Assembly: GCA_004298295.1 (NCBI GenBank)
Contig: SCUH01000269.1
Span: forward strand, 1 to 30,352
Source of the DNA: Betaproteobacteria bacterium
Lineage (GTDB): Bacteria > Pseudomonadota > Gammaproteobacteria > Burkholderiales > SG8-39
Reading direction: 5' to 3'
DNA: 30,352 bases
The position numbers were made by a program, and so were the translations under genes. This document shows, in pieces, positions 8,438-19,272 of the stretch (position 1 is the first letter of the stretch; each line of letters begins with the position of its first letter). The notes under the pieces were generated by a model that searched no databases, was not told the DNA's origin, and worked only from the letters and a program-made list of their open reading frames with translations.

Positions 8438-9309
8438 GCCGCGCCGAAGCCGCGCTGCACCCGCCGCACGCGCCCGCCGCCGCCGCAGTCGCCGCCAAGG
8501 GCCTGTTGCGCGCGCACCGGTGGCTCCTGCTGCGGCGCACGTCGCAGTTCGCGGCGCTCGCGCTGTTCCTCGCCGGGCCGCTCGCCGGGATCTGGATCGT
8601 GAAGGGCAATCTCGCCTCGAGCCTCACGCTCGAAGTGCTCCCCTTGAGCGATCCCTACGCGGTGCTGCAGGGCCTCGCGGCAGGCCACCTCATGGCGGCG
8701 AGCGCGCTCACCGGGGCCGCGATCATGGCGGTGTTCTACGCCATCGCCGGCGGCCGCGCGTACTGCGCGTGGGTCTGCCCTGTGAATGTCGTCACCGACA
8801 CCGCAGCGTGGCTGCGCCGCAGGCTCGGACTGCGTCCGGACATTTCGCTGCCGCGCGCCACGCGCCAGTGGCTGCTCGGCGCGACCCTTGCGCTGGCCGC
8901 CGCCACCGGCGCGATCGTCTGGGAATGGGTCAATCCGGTCTCGATGCTGCATCGCGGGCTGATCTTCGGCTTCGGCCTCGCCTGGGCGGTGGTGCTCGCG
9001 GTTTTCGTCCTCGACCTGCTCGTGTCGGCGCGCGCCTGGTGCGGGCATCTCTGCCCGATGGGCGCGTTCTATGCGCTCCTCGGCAGCGGCGCCCTGCTGC
9101 GCGTGTCGGCGCGCTCGTCCTCGCGCTGCGACGATTGCCTCGACTGCTATCGCGCCTGCCCCGAACCGCAGGTGATCCAGCCCGCGCTCAAGGGCTTGGC
9201 GAGCCCCGTCATCGGCTCGGCCGCGTGCACCAACTGCGGCCGCTGCATCGACGTCTGCAGCCAGGACGTGTTCCGCTTCGCCATCCGCTTCGACCAGAGA
9301 AGGGACTGA
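8434..9309 (+). CDS. napH: Quinol dehydrogenase membrane subunit NapH
   Basis: TM helices, CAWVCP and CGHLCP motifs, and two C-terminal CxxCxxCxxxC motifs. Confidence 0.95.
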   Translation: MSRAEAALHPPHAPAAAAVAAKGLLRAHRWLLLRRTSQFAALALFLAGPLAGIWIVKGNLASSLTLEVLPLSDPYAVLQGLAAGHLMAASALTGAAIMAVFYAIAGGRAYCAWVCPVNVVTDTAAWLRRRLGLRPDISLPRATRQWLLGATLALAAATGAIVWEWVNPVSMLHRGLIFGFGLAWAVVLAVFVLDLLVSARAWCGHLCPMGAFYALLGSGALLRVSARSSSRCDDCLDCYRACPEPQVIQPALKGLASPVIGSAACTNCGRCIDVCSQDVFRFAIRFDQRRD

Positions 9310-9311
9310 TC

Positions 9312-9788
9312 ATGAACGCTTTCCGCATTGTGCTTTGTCTCGCCGCCGCGGTTGTGCTCGCCGCCGCAGGCGCCGTGCGCGCGCAGACGCAGCCGGCGGT
9401 CGGCAAGGTCGACCTCAAGACCGGCGACGTGGTGCCGATCGAGGCCACCTCGCGCGCCGACTCGTTTCGCAACGCGCGCGACCGCGAGCCCTATGCGCGC
9501 GATTTCGTGCAGCAGCCGCCGCTGATCCCGCACACCGTCAAGGGCTACAACATCACGGCCAACTTCAACAAGTGCATGGATTGCCACGCCTGGTCGCGCA
9601 CGCCGGAGTCCGGCGCCACCAAGGTGAGCCAGTCGCACTTCAAGGACCGCGATGGCCGCGAGCTCTCCAACATTTCGCCGCGGCGCTACTTCTGCCTGCA
9701 GTGCCACGTCTCTCAGGTCGAGGCCCCGCCGCTGGTCAACAACACCTTCAAGCCGCTGCCGTCGATGAAGCAGGCGCCCGCGAAGTAG
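9312..9788 (+). CDS. napB: Diheme cytochrome c NapB
   Basis: Signal peptide from ATG 9312, QQPPLIPH, and heme motifs CMDCH and CLQCH. Confidence 0.95.
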   Translation: MNAFRIVLCLAAAVVLAAAGAVRAQTQPAVGKVDLKTGDVVPIEATSRADSFRNARDREPYARDFVQQPPLIPHTVKGYNITANFNKCMDCHAWSRTPESGATKVSQSHFKDRDGRELSNISPRRYFCLQCHVSQVEAPPLVNNTFKPLPSMKQAPAK

Positions 9789-9798
9789 GGACCGCACC

Positions 9799-10389
9799 AT
9801 GCAAACACCACGCAGCGGCCTCGCCGCGCGCATCCGCAGCCTCGGGCCCTGGACCGCGCTCCTGATCTTCGCCGCGGGAATCGTCTTCTGGGGCGGCTTC
9901 AACTGGACGCTCGAGCTCACCAATACCGAGGCCTTCTGCACCGCGTGCCACGAGATGAAGGTGAACGTCTTCAAGGAGTACCAGAACACGATGCACTACT
10001 CCAACCGCACCGGCGTGCGCGCCACCTGCCCGGACTGCCACGTGCCGCGCGAGTGGGTGCACAAGGTGGCGCGCAAGATCCGCGCCAGCAACGAAGTGTT
10101 CCACTGGGCGCTCGGCTCGATCGACACGCCGGAGAAGTTCAACGCCGTGCGCCGCAGGCTGGCGCAACTCGAATGGGCGCGCATGAAGGCGAACGATTCG
10201 CACGAGTGCCGCAACTGCCACGCCTACGACTACATGGACTACTCGGAGCAGGGACGGCGCGCCGTGGCCCAGCATACGAAGGGCTTTGCCGAGAAGAAAA
10301 CCTGCATCGACTGCCACAAGGGCGTGGCGCACTCGCTGCCGCCCATGGAGCAGAACATCGGCGCGCCCAGGGTGGCGCAGGCCGACTGA
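9799..10389 (+). CDS. napC: Tetraheme membrane cytochrome c NapC (NapC/NirT family)
   Basis: N-terminal TM segment and four CxxCH motifs (CTACH, CPDCH, CRNCH, CIDCH). Confidence 0.95.
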   Translation: MQTPRSGLAARIRSLGPWTALLIFAAGIVFWGGFNWTLELTNTEAFCTACHEMKVNVFKEYQNTMHYSNRTGVRATCPDCHVPREWVHKVARKIRASNEVFHWALGSIDTPEKFNAVRRRLAQLEWARMKANDSHECRNCHAYDYMDYSEQGRRAVAQHTKGFAEKKTCIDCHKGVAHSLPPMEQNIGAPRVAQAD

Positions 10390-10395
10390 GGAAAT

Positions 10396-10469
10396 GGGGT
10401 CAGAGCAACTTCAAGGGGATGGCGAAGCAGGGGAACGGGGTCGTGGAAGTTACTCTGACCCCGTTCCCC
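10396..10469. repeat. REP-like palindromic element with overlapping inverted repeats between convergent napC and amtB; possible bidirectional terminator
   Basis: The 17-nt arms 10396-10412 (GGGGTCAGAGCAACTTC) and 10446-10462 (GAAGTTACTCTGACCCC) pair with 1 mismatch. The 13-nt arms 10430-10442 and 10457-10469 pair perfectly. Confidence 0.75.
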
Positions 10470-10476
10470 GGTTCGC

Positions 10477-11988
10477 TCACATGCGATACGCCGCCTCGCC
10501 GTGCGAAGTGACGTCGAGCCCTTCGCGCTCGGCTTCCTCGGTCACGCGCAGGCCGATGGTCCAGTCGACCAGCTTGAAGGCGACGAAGGCCACCACGCCC
10601 GACCACAACACCGTCACGCCCACGGCCTTGGCCTGAGTCAGCACCTGCGCTGCGATGCTCTCGAAGCCGGGCTTCATCTCGAACCAGTTGTTGGGGAAGC
10701 CCGGCCCGCCGAGCGACGGGTCGTTGAATACGCCGGTGAGCAGCGCGCCCAGAATTCCGCCGATGGCGTGCACGCCGAACACGTCGAGCGAGTCATCCAC
10801 CTTGAGCAGGTGCTTCAGGCCGTTCACGCCCCAGAGGCATACCAGACCCGCGGCGGTTCCGATCACGAACGCACCCGGTATGCCCACGTTGCCCGCGGCG
10901 GGAGTGATCGCCACCAGCCCCGCGACGGCGCCCGAGGCTGCACCGAGCATCGAAGGCTTGCCCTTGAAGACCGCCTCGCCCAGTATCCAGGAGAGAACCG
11001 CGCAGGCCGTCGCGAGGTAGGTGTTCATGAACGCGAGCCCGGCGGTGCCGTTCGCTTCCAGGGCGGAACCGGCGTTGAATCCGAACCAGCCGGTCCAGAG
11101 CAAGGCGGCGCCGATCATCGTCATGGTCAGGTTGTGCGGCATCAGCGCTTCCTTGCCGTAGCCGATGCGCTTGCCGACGACGTAGGCGCCCACGAGTCCG
11201 GCGATGCCGGCGTTGATGTGCACCACCGTGCCGCCCGCAAAGTCGAGCGCCCCCCATTGCCAGAGCAGGCCCGCCTTGCCGTTCATCTCGTCCACCACCT
11301 TGGCGCTCGTATAGGCGTCGGGACCCATCCAGAACCACACCATGTGCGCGATCGGCGCGTAGCTGAAGGTGAACCACAGCACGATGAACGCGATCACTGC
11401 CGAGAACTTGATCCGCTCGGCGAACGCGCCCAGGATCAGGCAGCAGGTGATCGCGGCGAAGGTTGCCTGGAACGCGACGAACACCAGCTCGTACAACGGC
11501 GTGTTCCTGCTGAAGGTCGCGGCCATGGAGAATTCGCCTTTGGCGGAATCGAACGTTCCCTTGAGGAAGAGGCGATCGAAGCCGCCGAAGTAGGCGTTGC
11601 CCTCGGTGAAGGCGAGGCTGTAGCCGTAGATGCACCACAGCACCGTCACCAGCGAGAACACGACGAAGACCTGCATCAGCATGGAAAGCGCGTTCTTCGA
11701 GCGCACCATGCCGCCGTAGAACAGCGCCAGCGCGGGCACGCTCATCATGAGCACGAGCGCGGTCGAGGTGAGCATCCAGGCAACGTCGCCCTTGTTCGGC
11801 GTCGGCGCAGGTTTCGCTTCCGCAGGCTTGGGCGCTTCGGCAGGCGCCGCAGCGGTTGCTGGTGCAGCGGCCGCCGGCGCTGCCGCGGCCGGCTTGTCGC
11901 CGGCCGCCGGCGCCTTGCCCTGCGCCCAGCCGGTCCCCGCGAGCGCCACTGCCGTCGCGAGCAGGATCAATGCAAGGAATCGCTTCAT
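10477..11988 (-). CDS. amtB: Ammonium transporter AmtB
   Basis: Signal peptide, Ala/Pro-rich linker, and motifs DFAGGTVVHINAG, WTGWFGFNAGS and DDSLDVFGVH (twin His present). Confidence 0.97.
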   Translation of the reverse strand: MKRFLALILLATAVALAGTGWAQGKAPAAGDKPAAAAPAAAAPATAAAPAEAPKPAEAKPAPTPNKGDVAWMLTSTALVLMMSVPALALFYGGMVRSKNALSMLMQVFVVFSLVTVLWCIYGYSLAFTEGNAYFGGFDRLFLKGTFDSAKGEFSMAATFSRNTPLYELVFVAFQATFAAITCCLILGAFAERIKFSAVIAFIVLWFTFSYAPIAHMVWFWMGPDAYTSAKVVDEMNGKAGLLWQWGALDFAGGTVVHINAGIAGLVGAYVVGKRIGYGKEALMPHNLTMTMIGAALLWTGWFGFNAGSALEANGTAGLAFMNTYLATACAVLSWILGEAVFKGKPSMLGAASGAVAGLVAITPAAGNVGIPGAFVIGTAAGLVCLWGVNGLKHLLKVDDSLDVFGVHAIGGILGALLTGVFNDPSLGGPGFPNNWFEMKPGFESIAAQVLTQAKAVGVTVLWSGVVAFVAFKLVDWTIGLRVTEEAEREGLDVTSHGEAAYRM

Positions 11989-11997
11989 TTCGTTCTC

Positions 11998-13192
<1,195 letters not shown>

Positions 13193-13233
13193 GGTCGGGT
13201 CTCCGATGAGTGGTTGAAGGTCAGTCCACCCAA

Positions 13234-13249
13234 AGCAGCAACCGTGCCA
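13234..13249 (-). promoter_or_regulatory. sigma54 (-24/-12) promoter of the TorF-glnK-amtB operon
   Basis: Minus strand reads TGGCAC-GGTTG-CTGCT, i.e. GG-N10-GC. Confidence 0.8.
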
Positions 13250-13266
13250 CGCAGCATTTACCGATG

Positions 13267-13279
13267 AATCAATGAGTTG
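13267..13279 (+). promoter_or_regulatory. IHF binding site
   Basis: AATCAA-TGAG-TTG is an exact match to WATCAA-N4-TTR, located between the sigma54 promoter and the NtrC sites. Confidence 0.65.
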
Positions 13280-13303
13280 CAGCGGCTCCTGGAACTTCGC
13301 CCC

Positions 13304-13351
13304 TGCACCAATCCGGGGCACGCCGCAAGGCGCGCGCCCGTTGCTGGTGCA
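13304..13351. promoter_or_regulatory. Tandem NtrC-type enhancer sites
   Basis: TGCACC-AATCC-GGGGCA (13304-13320) has 1 mismatch to TGCACC-N5-GGTGCA. CGCCCG-TTGCT-GGTGCA (13335-13351) has one perfect half. The centres are 31 bp apart. Confidence 0.7.
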
Positions 13352-13357
13352 GCCGCG

Positions 13358-15868
13358 TCAGACCGTTTCGCGCAAGGTCAGCGCCGGGGAAGCCGTCAGC
13401 ACCTTGCGCGCCGAGAGCCAGGCGTTGAGCGAAAGCAGCAGCACACCGGCGAGCGGTCCCGCGATCCACAGCTCGGGACTCGGCGGCAGATCGAGCTCGA
13501 ACACGCGCCGCGCGAGCAGCTGTCCGATCGCGGCCGCGCCGATCGTGGCGAGGAGCCCCGCGAGCAGGCCCATGGCGAGGAACTCGACGCGCTGGCTGCC
13601 CGTCACCTGGCGGCGCGAGGCACCGTGCACGCGCATCACCGCCGCCTCGCGCCGGCGCTCGTCCTCGGTGGCGACGAGCGCCGAATAAAGCACCAGCAGG
13701 CCGGCGCCCAGCGCGAACAGGAACACGTACTGCACCGCGGTGATCACCTGGTCGATCACGCCCTGCGCCTGCTTCACCGCGGCACCGACATCGACAATCG
13801 TGAGGTTGGGAAAGCGCGCCGTCAGCTCGTTCATCGCCTTCTCGGCGCCCGGCTCGAGGCGAAAGGCGCTGATGTAGCTCGCGGGAAAGCCTTGCAGCAG
13901 GCGCGGCGGCGCGATGACGAAGAAATTCACCTTCATCGAATCCCAGCGCAGCTTCCTGAGCGAACCCAGGCGCGCGCTGAACGACTCCGAGCCCACCGTG
14001 AACGTCAGCTCGTCGCCGAGTTTCCAGCCCAGCGTGTGCGCGATGCCCTCCTCGACCGAAATCTCGCGCGCCCCGGGTGAAAACCAGCGCCCCGCGCTCA
14101 CCACGTTGTGCGCCGGCGGCTGCTCGCTGAAGGACAGGTTGAATTCGCGCTCCACCAGGCGGCGCGCGCGTTCCTCGCCGAAATCGCCTTCCTGCACCTG
14201 GCGGCCGTTCAGCGCGGCGAACCGCCCGCGCACCATGGGATAAAGGTCCGGCACGTCGATGCGGTGCGCGCCGAAGAATTCGCGCACCGGCGCGAGCTGC
14301 TCCGGCTGCACGCCGAGCAGGAACCGGTTGGCAGCATCGGGCGGCGCGCTGCGGCGCCACGCGTCCACCAGGTCGTTGCGCGTGAAGCTGAGCAGCAGCA
14401 TCGCCGTGAGTCCGAGCGCGAGGCTCGCCACCTGGACCGCGTTGCCGCGCGCATGCCGGCGCAGGTTCGCCAGGCCGTAGCGCAGCGCGATGCTGCCGCC
14501 GGAGAGGCGCCGCGCAACCGGCGCGCTGGCGGCGAGCCGCAGCGCGCCCCAGGCAATCACGGCGAAACCGAGCACCGCCGCAGCGAATCCGCCGACGACG
14601 AACGCGCCCATGCGCACATCGCCCGCCTGCCACACCAGCAGCCCGGCGAGTACCGCGAGGCCCGCCGCGTACGCCGCGATCGCGCCGCCCTTGGGCGCGC
14701 CGGACTCGCGCCGGATGACGCGCACCGCGGGCACGTTCTTCAGCTGCGCGAGCGGCGGCAGCGCGAATCCGAGCAGCAGCACCAGCCCTACCAGGAAGCC
14801 CTGCAGCGCGGGCAGCACGGTGGGCGCGGGCAGATCGGCGCGCAGGACTTCGCCCAGCGCCGCTGCGATCGCCGTCTGCGCGCCGATGCCGGCGAGGCAG
14901 CCGAGCGCGCAGGCCGCGGCGCCGAGATAAGAAAATTCCAGTCCGTGGAGCGCGAGCAGTCTTGCCTGCGTTGCGCCGAGGCAGCGCATCACCGCGCAGC
15001 CATCGAGGTGGCGCTCGACGTAGCGCCGCGTGGCGAGCGCGATCGCCACGCCGGCGAGAATCGCGGCCAGCAGCGCCGTCAGTCCGAGGAAGCGCTCGGC
15101 GCGGTCGATCGCCGCGCGCACTTCGGGCCGGCCGCTTTCGAGGTTATCCACGCGCTGACCGCGCGCGAGCCGTGAGAGCGCCCAGGATTCGAGCGCCGCG
15201 ACGCCATCGCGCGCGCCGGCGGCGTAGAGGTAGTACCAGACCCGGCTGCCCGGCTGCACCAGGCGCGTGGCTGCGACGTCATCGGCGTGCATGATCAGGC
15301 GCGGCGCGATGTTGAAGAAATTCGCCCCGCGCTCGGGCTCGAGCGTGATCACGGCGGCGACCTGGAAGCGGCTCGCCCCGAGCTGCAGGTTCGACCCGAC
15401 CGGCGCATCGAGCGAAGTCACGAGCCGTTCCTCGATCCACACCGTGCCGCGTGCCGGCCCAGAGGCCGCCGGCGCGTCGGGCGCGTTCGGCGCCGGCGCG
15501 ACGCGCAGCTTGCCGCGCAGCGGGTAATTCTCGCTCACGGCCTTGACGCCCGCGAGCTGGCCGCGCGCGGTCTCGCCCGCCCCGGTCTGCGCCATGCTGA
15601 TGAAGGTGACCGCCGTGGCGCGCTCGAGTCCCAGGCGCGCGATTTCCTGCGCCATCGCCGGCTGCCAGGGATGGTCCGAGACCAGCACCAGGTCGGCGCC
15701 GAGCAACTGGTGCGCATCGCGCACCAGCGCGCGGCTGACGCGGTCGGCAAAGAAACCGACGCTGGTCACGCTCGCCACCGCGACCACGAGCGCCGCGGCG
15801 AGCACGCGCAGCTCGCCCGCGCGCCAGTCGCGCGCGAGCATGCGCCAGGCGAGCGCGAAGGTCTTCAT
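13358..15868 (-). CDS. ABC transporter permease, YbbP-like (FtsX/MacB-type)
   Basis: 836 aa with two TM clusters, RDAHQLLGADLVL, and PMVRGR / WDSMKVNFFV motifs. Confidence 0.88.
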   Translation of the reverse strand: MKTFALAWRMLARDWRAGELRVLAAALVVAVASVTSVGFFADRVSRALVRDAHQLLGADLVLVSDHPWQPAMAQEIARLGLERATAVTFISMAQTGAGETARGQLAGVKAVSENYPLRGKLRVAPAPNAPDAPAASGPARGTVWIEERLVTSLDAPVGSNLQLGASRFQVAAVITLEPERGANFFNIAPRLIMHADDVAATRLVQPGSRVWYYLYAAGARDGVAALESWALSRLARGQRVDNLESGRPEVRAAIDRAERFLGLTALLAAILAGVAIALATRRYVERHLDGCAVMRCLGATQARLLALHGLEFSYLGAAACALGCLAGIGAQTAIAAALGEVLRADLPAPTVLPALQGFLVGLVLLLGFALPPLAQLKNVPAVRVIRRESGAPKGGAIAAYAAGLAVLAGLLVWQAGDVRMGAFVVGGFAAAVLGFAVIAWGALRLAASAPVARRLSGGSIALRYGLANLRRHARGNAVQVASLALGLTAMLLLSFTRNDLVDAWRRSAPPDAANRFLLGVQPEQLAPVREFFGAHRIDVPDLYPMVRGRFAALNGRQVQEGDFGEERARRLVEREFNLSFSEQPPAHNVVSAGRWFSPGAREISVEEGIAHTLGWKLGDELTFTVGSESFSARLGSLRKLRWDSMKVNFFVIAPPRLLQGFPASYISAFRLEPGAEKAMNELTARFPNLTIVDVGAAVKQAQGVIDQVITAVQYVFLFALGAGLLVLYSALVATEDERRREAAVMRVHGASRRQVTGSQRVEFLAMGLLAGLLATIGAAAIGQLLARRVFELDLPPSPELWIAGPLAGVLLLSLNAWLSARKVLTASPALTLRETV

Positions 15869-16566
15869 TTCGTTTGCGCGATGCGCCCGGCGGCGAGGCG
15901 CACCACGCGTGCGCAGCGCTGCGCCAGCGGCTCGTCGTGCGTCACCATCACGAGCGTGGTGCCATAGCTGCGGTTCAGCTCGAAGATCAGCTCGATCACG
16001 CTTTCGCCGGAGGCGGCATCGAGGCTGCCCGTGGGCTCGTCCGCGAGCAGCAGCGTCGGACGCACCACGAAGGCGCGCGCCAGCGCCACGCGCTGCTGCT
16101 CGCCGCCCGAAAGATGCTTGGGGTAATGCCCGAGGCGCTCGGCGAGGCCGACGCGCGCCAGGATCGCGCGCGCCGCGTCTTCGGCATCGGCGCGGCCCGC
16201 CAGCTCGAGGGGCAGCATGACATTCTCCAGCGCGGTGAGCGCCGGCAGCAGCTGAAACGACTGGAACACGAACCCGACCGTGCGCCCGCGCAGCGCCGCG
16301 CGCGCATCCTCATCCAGCGCGAACAGGTCGGTGCCATCCAGCGTCACGCTGCCGCGGGTGGGTGTATCGAGACCGGCCAGGATCGCGAGCAGGGTGGATT
16401 TTCCGGAGCCCGAGGCGCCGACGATGGCGAGCGCCTCGCCCGCCCTGACTTCGAGGTCGATATCGCGCAAAATGACGAGATCGCTCGAGCCGCTCCGGAC
16501 CGTCTTGCCGATGCCCTTGGCCTGCAGAACCGTGCTTGCGTCAACGCTGCTGTGGATGGCGTCCAT
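15865..16566 (-). CDS. ABC transporter ATP-binding protein, YbbA-like
   Basis: Walker [10 protein letters not shown], signature LSGGEQQRV, Walker B LLADEPTG, and ATGA overlap with the permease. Confidence 0.92.
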   Translation of the reverse strand: MDAIHSSVDASTVLQAKGIGKTVRSGSSDLVILRDIDLEVRAGEALAIVGASGSGKSTLLAILAGLDTPTRGSVTLDGTDLFALDEDARAALRGRTVGFVFQSFQLLPALTALENVMLPLELAGRADAEDAARAILARVGLAERLGHYPKHLSGGEQQRVALARAFVVRPTLLLADEPTGSLDAASGESVIELIFELNRSYGTTLVMVTHDEPLAQRCARVVRLAAGRIAQTK

Positions 16567-17164
16567 ATTCCTGTCGGGAGCGGCGCACGCGGCGCCCGGG
16601 ATCCTCGTCTTTGGCGATAGCCTCTCGGCGGCCTACGGCCTCGCCGAGCGGCGCGGCTGGGTGGCGCTCCTCGGAGAGCGCCTTCGGCAGGAGCAGCTGG
16701 ATTATAGCGTCGTCAATGCCAGCATCTCCGGCGAGACCACGGCCGGCGGGCGCGCGCGCCTGGGCAAACTCCTCGCGCAGCACCGCCCCGCGGTGCTGAT
16801 TCTCGAACTCGGCGGCAACGACGGCTTGCGCGGGCTGCCGGTCGCCGAGATGAAGAAGCATCTTGCGGCGATGATCGGCGCGGCACGGAAGGCCGGCGCA
16901 CGCGTGCTGCTGGTAGGCATGCGAATGCCGCCCAATTACGGCGAAGGGTACGCGCACGCCTTCGAAGCGGTGTTCAGCGAGCTGGCGAACGAGCACCGCA
17001 CCGCCTTCGCGCCGGAACTGACCGCCGGGATCGGCGCGCGGCTGGAGTATTTCCAGGCTGACCGCATCCATCCGAACGAGGCGGCACAGCCGCTGCTGCT
17101 GGAAAACGTCTGGAAAGCGCTGCGGCCGCTGCTGAAAGCGGGCGCTGCCGCTAAACGACGCTGA
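16511..17164 (+). CDS. tesA: Arylesterase / acyl-CoA thioesterase I (TesA-like SGNH/GDSL hydrolase); start uncertain (16511 or 16556)
   Basis: FGDSLSAAYG, NASISGETT, LELGGNDGLRG and DRIHPN motifs, with a signal-peptide-like N-terminus. Confidence 0.88.
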   Translation: MPLACRTVLASTLLWMASIFLSGAAHAAPGILVFGDSLSAAYGLAERRGWVALLGERLRQEQLDYSVVNASISGETTAGGRARLGKLLAQHRPAVLILELGGNDGLRGLPVAEMKKHLAAMIGAARKAGARVLLVGMRMPPNYGEGYAHAFEAVFSELANEHRTAFAPELTAGIGARLEYFQADRIHPNEAAQPLLLENVWKALRPLLKAGAAAKRR

Positions 17165-18200
17165 GCCGCGCCGCTGCGGCCACCAGCCGGCCGATGACGC
17201 GCGCCTCGGCGAAGCCGCGGCGGCGAAATTCCTCCAGTACCGCAGCTTGCGCCTCGGGCGCGCAGGCCACCAGCAGCCCGCCGCTGGTCTGGGGATCGGT
17301 GAGCAGCACGCGCTGCCAATCCGGCGCGCCCGGCGCGAGCCGCACATCCTGCCCGTAGCTCTTCCAGTTGCGGTCGGTGGCGCCGGTACTGGTGCCCTGC
17401 TGCGCCCGCTGCACCGCCTCGGCGATCAGCGGCACGTCGGCGAAACGGATTTCTCCGCCCAGCTTCGAGCCGCGCAGGATTTCGAGCAGGTGCCCCGCGA
17501 GGCCGAATCCGGTGACGTCGGTGAGCGCATGCACGGCCGGCATCTCGGACAGCGCAGTGCCCGGCGTGTTGAGCCTGGTCGTGCACTCGATCATCTTCGC
17601 GTAACCCTCTGCTGAGAGTTGACCCTTCTTCAGTGCCGCGGAGAGGATGCCGACGCCGAGCGGCTTGCCGAGGATGAGCACGTCGCCCGCGCGCGCCGAA
17701 CTGTTGCGCTTGACCTTGTCGGGATGCACCAGACCGAGCGCCACCAGGCCGTAGATCGGCTCCAGCACGTCGATCGAATGGCCGCCGGCCACGGGGATGC
17801 CTGCCGCATGGCAAACCGACTCGCCGCCCGCAAGGATTTGCTGGATCACTGTGAGCGGCAGCTTGTCGAGGGGCATGCCGACGACCGCCAGCGCGAAGAT
17901 CGGTTTCGCGCCCATGGCATAGATGTCGGAGATCGCGTTGGTCGCCGCGATGCGGCCGAAATCGTAGGGATCGTCGACGATCGGGGTGAAGAAATCGGTC
18001 GTGGCGACGAGCGCCTGCGAATCGTTCAGCTTGTACACCGCCGCGTCGTCCGCCGTTTCCGTGCCCACCATCAGGGCCTCGGGCAGCCCGCGCACCGGCG
18101 TCGAGGCGAGCAGCTCGGTGAGCACCGCGGGGGCGATCTTGCAGCCGCAGCCGCCGCCGTGGCTGAACTCGGTCAGCCGGATCTTTTCGGGAGCGTTCAT
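17151..18200 (-). CDS. selD: Selenide, water dikinase (selenophosphate synthetase), Cys form
   Basis: HGGGCGCKI, TADDAAVY, DFFTPIVDDP, TDVTGFGLAGH and DPQTSGGLL motifs. Confidence 0.96.
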   Translation of the reverse strand: MNAPEKIRLTEFSHGGGCGCKIAPAVLTELLASTPVRGLPEALMVGTETADDAAVYKLNDSQALVATTDFFTPIVDDPYDFGRIAATNAISDIYAMGAKPIFALAVVGMPLDKLPLTVIQQILAGGESVCHAAGIPVAGGHSIDVLEPIYGLVALGLVHPDKVKRNSSARAGDVLILGKPLGVGILSAALKKGQLSAEGYAKMIECTTRLNTPGTALSEMPAVHALTDVTGFGLAGHLLEILRGSKLGGEIRFADVPLIAEAVQRAQQGTSTGATDRNWKSYGQDVRLAPGAPDWQRVLLTDPQTSGGLLVACAPEAQAAVLEEFRRRGFAEARVIGRLVAAAARLSVV

Positions 18201-18205
18201 AGGCG

Positions 18206-18215
18206 TAGAATTTTA
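18206..18215. promoter_or_regulatory. Overlapping divergent -10 boxes for selU (TAGAAT, +) and selD (TAAAAT, -)
   Basis: The intergenic region is 19 nt. TAGAAT lies at 18206-18211, 8 nt before ATG 18220. Minus-strand TAAAAT lies at 18215-18210, 9 nt before ATG 18200. Confidence 0.5.
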
Positions 18216-18219
18216 GCGG

Positions 18220-19272
18220 ATGAAACCGGCACTGAAATCCTCGGTCGCGATGAGCGCAGCGGCGCTCGGGCAATTCGACGCGGTGCTGGATGCGCGCTCG
18301 CCGGCCGAATACGCCGAAGACCACGTTCCCGGCGCAGTCTCGTGCCCGGTGCTCGATGATGCCGAGCGCGCGCGCGTGGGGACGATTTACAGGCAGGAAT
18401 CGCCCTTCGCGGCCAAGCGCATCGGCGCGGCGCTGGTCGCGCGCAACATCGCGCGCCATCTCGAGACCACGCTGGCGGACAAGCCGCGAACCTGGCGGGC
18501 GCTGGTCTACTGCTGGCGCGGCGGCAAGCGCTCGGGCGCGCTCGTGCACGTGCTGCGCGAGATCGGCTGGGAGGCGAAGACCCTGGAAGGCGGCTACAAG
18601 GCCTACCGCCGCCACGTCGTCGAGCAACTGGCCGAGCTGCCGGGCCGCTTCACCTTTCGCGTCATCCACGGCGTCACGGGCAGCGGCAAGAGCCGGCTGC
18701 TGCGGGCGCTGGGGCGCACCGGCGCCCAGGTGCTCGACCTCGAAGAGCTTGCGGCGCACCGCGGCTCGGTGCTCGGCAACCTGCCCGAGCGGCCGCAGCC
18801 CTCGCAGAAACTGTTCGAGAGCCGGCTGCTCGCCGCGCTCGTGCGGCTCGATCGCGTGCGTCCCGTCTACGTCGAGGGCGAAAGCCGCAAGATCGGCCAG
18901 TTGCAGGTTCCCGGCGCGCTCATCGAAACCATGCGCGCCAGCGACTGCGTGCTGCTGGAAGCCGATCTCGAGACGCGCGTCGCCCTGCTGATGGACGAAT
19001 ACCGCCATTTCTTCGCCGATCCCGCGTTGCTTTCGGCCCAGCTCGATTGCCTGACCGAGCTGCATGGGCGCGAACGTATCGAAGCCTGGAAGCAGCTCGC
19101 CGCGCGCGGCGACTGGCGCGGCTTTGTCGCGCGCTTGCTCGAAGAGCACTACGACCCGGCGTACCGGCGCTCGGCGGCGCGCAATTTCGCCCGCCTGCCG
19201 CAGGCCACGATCCTGCACCTGCCTTGCGCCGAAGACATGGCCTTCGCGCAGCTGGCGGAGACGATCGCATGA
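18220..19272 (+). CDS. selU: tRNA 2-selenouridine synthase
   Basis: Rhodanese domain (DARSPAEY, YCWRGGKRS), P-loop GVTGSGKS and LAAHRGSVLG; adjacent to selD. Confidence 0.95.
   Translation: MKPALKSSVAMSAAALGQFDAVLDARSPAEYAEDHVPGAVSCPVLDDAERARVGTIYRQESPFAAKRIGAALVARNIARHLETTLADKPRTWRALVYCWRGGKRSGALVHVLREIGWEAKTLEGGYKAYRRHVVEQLAELPGRFTFRVIHGVTGSGKSRLLRALGRTGAQVLDLEELAAHRGSVLGNLPERPQPSQKLFESRLLAALVRLDRVRPVYVEGESRKIGQLQVPGALIETMRASDCVLLEADLETRVALLMDEYRHFFADPALLSAQLDCLTELHGRERIEAWKQLAARGDWRGFVARLLEEHYDPAYRRSAARNFARLPQATILHLPCAEDMAFAQLAETIA

Noticed and set aside
11780-11930. Ala/Pro-rich low-complexity repeat in AmtB
   Set aside because: It is a flexible linker after the signal peptide, common in proteobacterial Amt proteins, and not a DNA repeat array.
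17151-18200. SelD or NapA as selenoproteins
   Set aside because: SelD has CGCK with Cys codons and NapA has the Cys ligand (RHCMAS). There is no in-frame TGA, and selA/selB/selC are not in the window.
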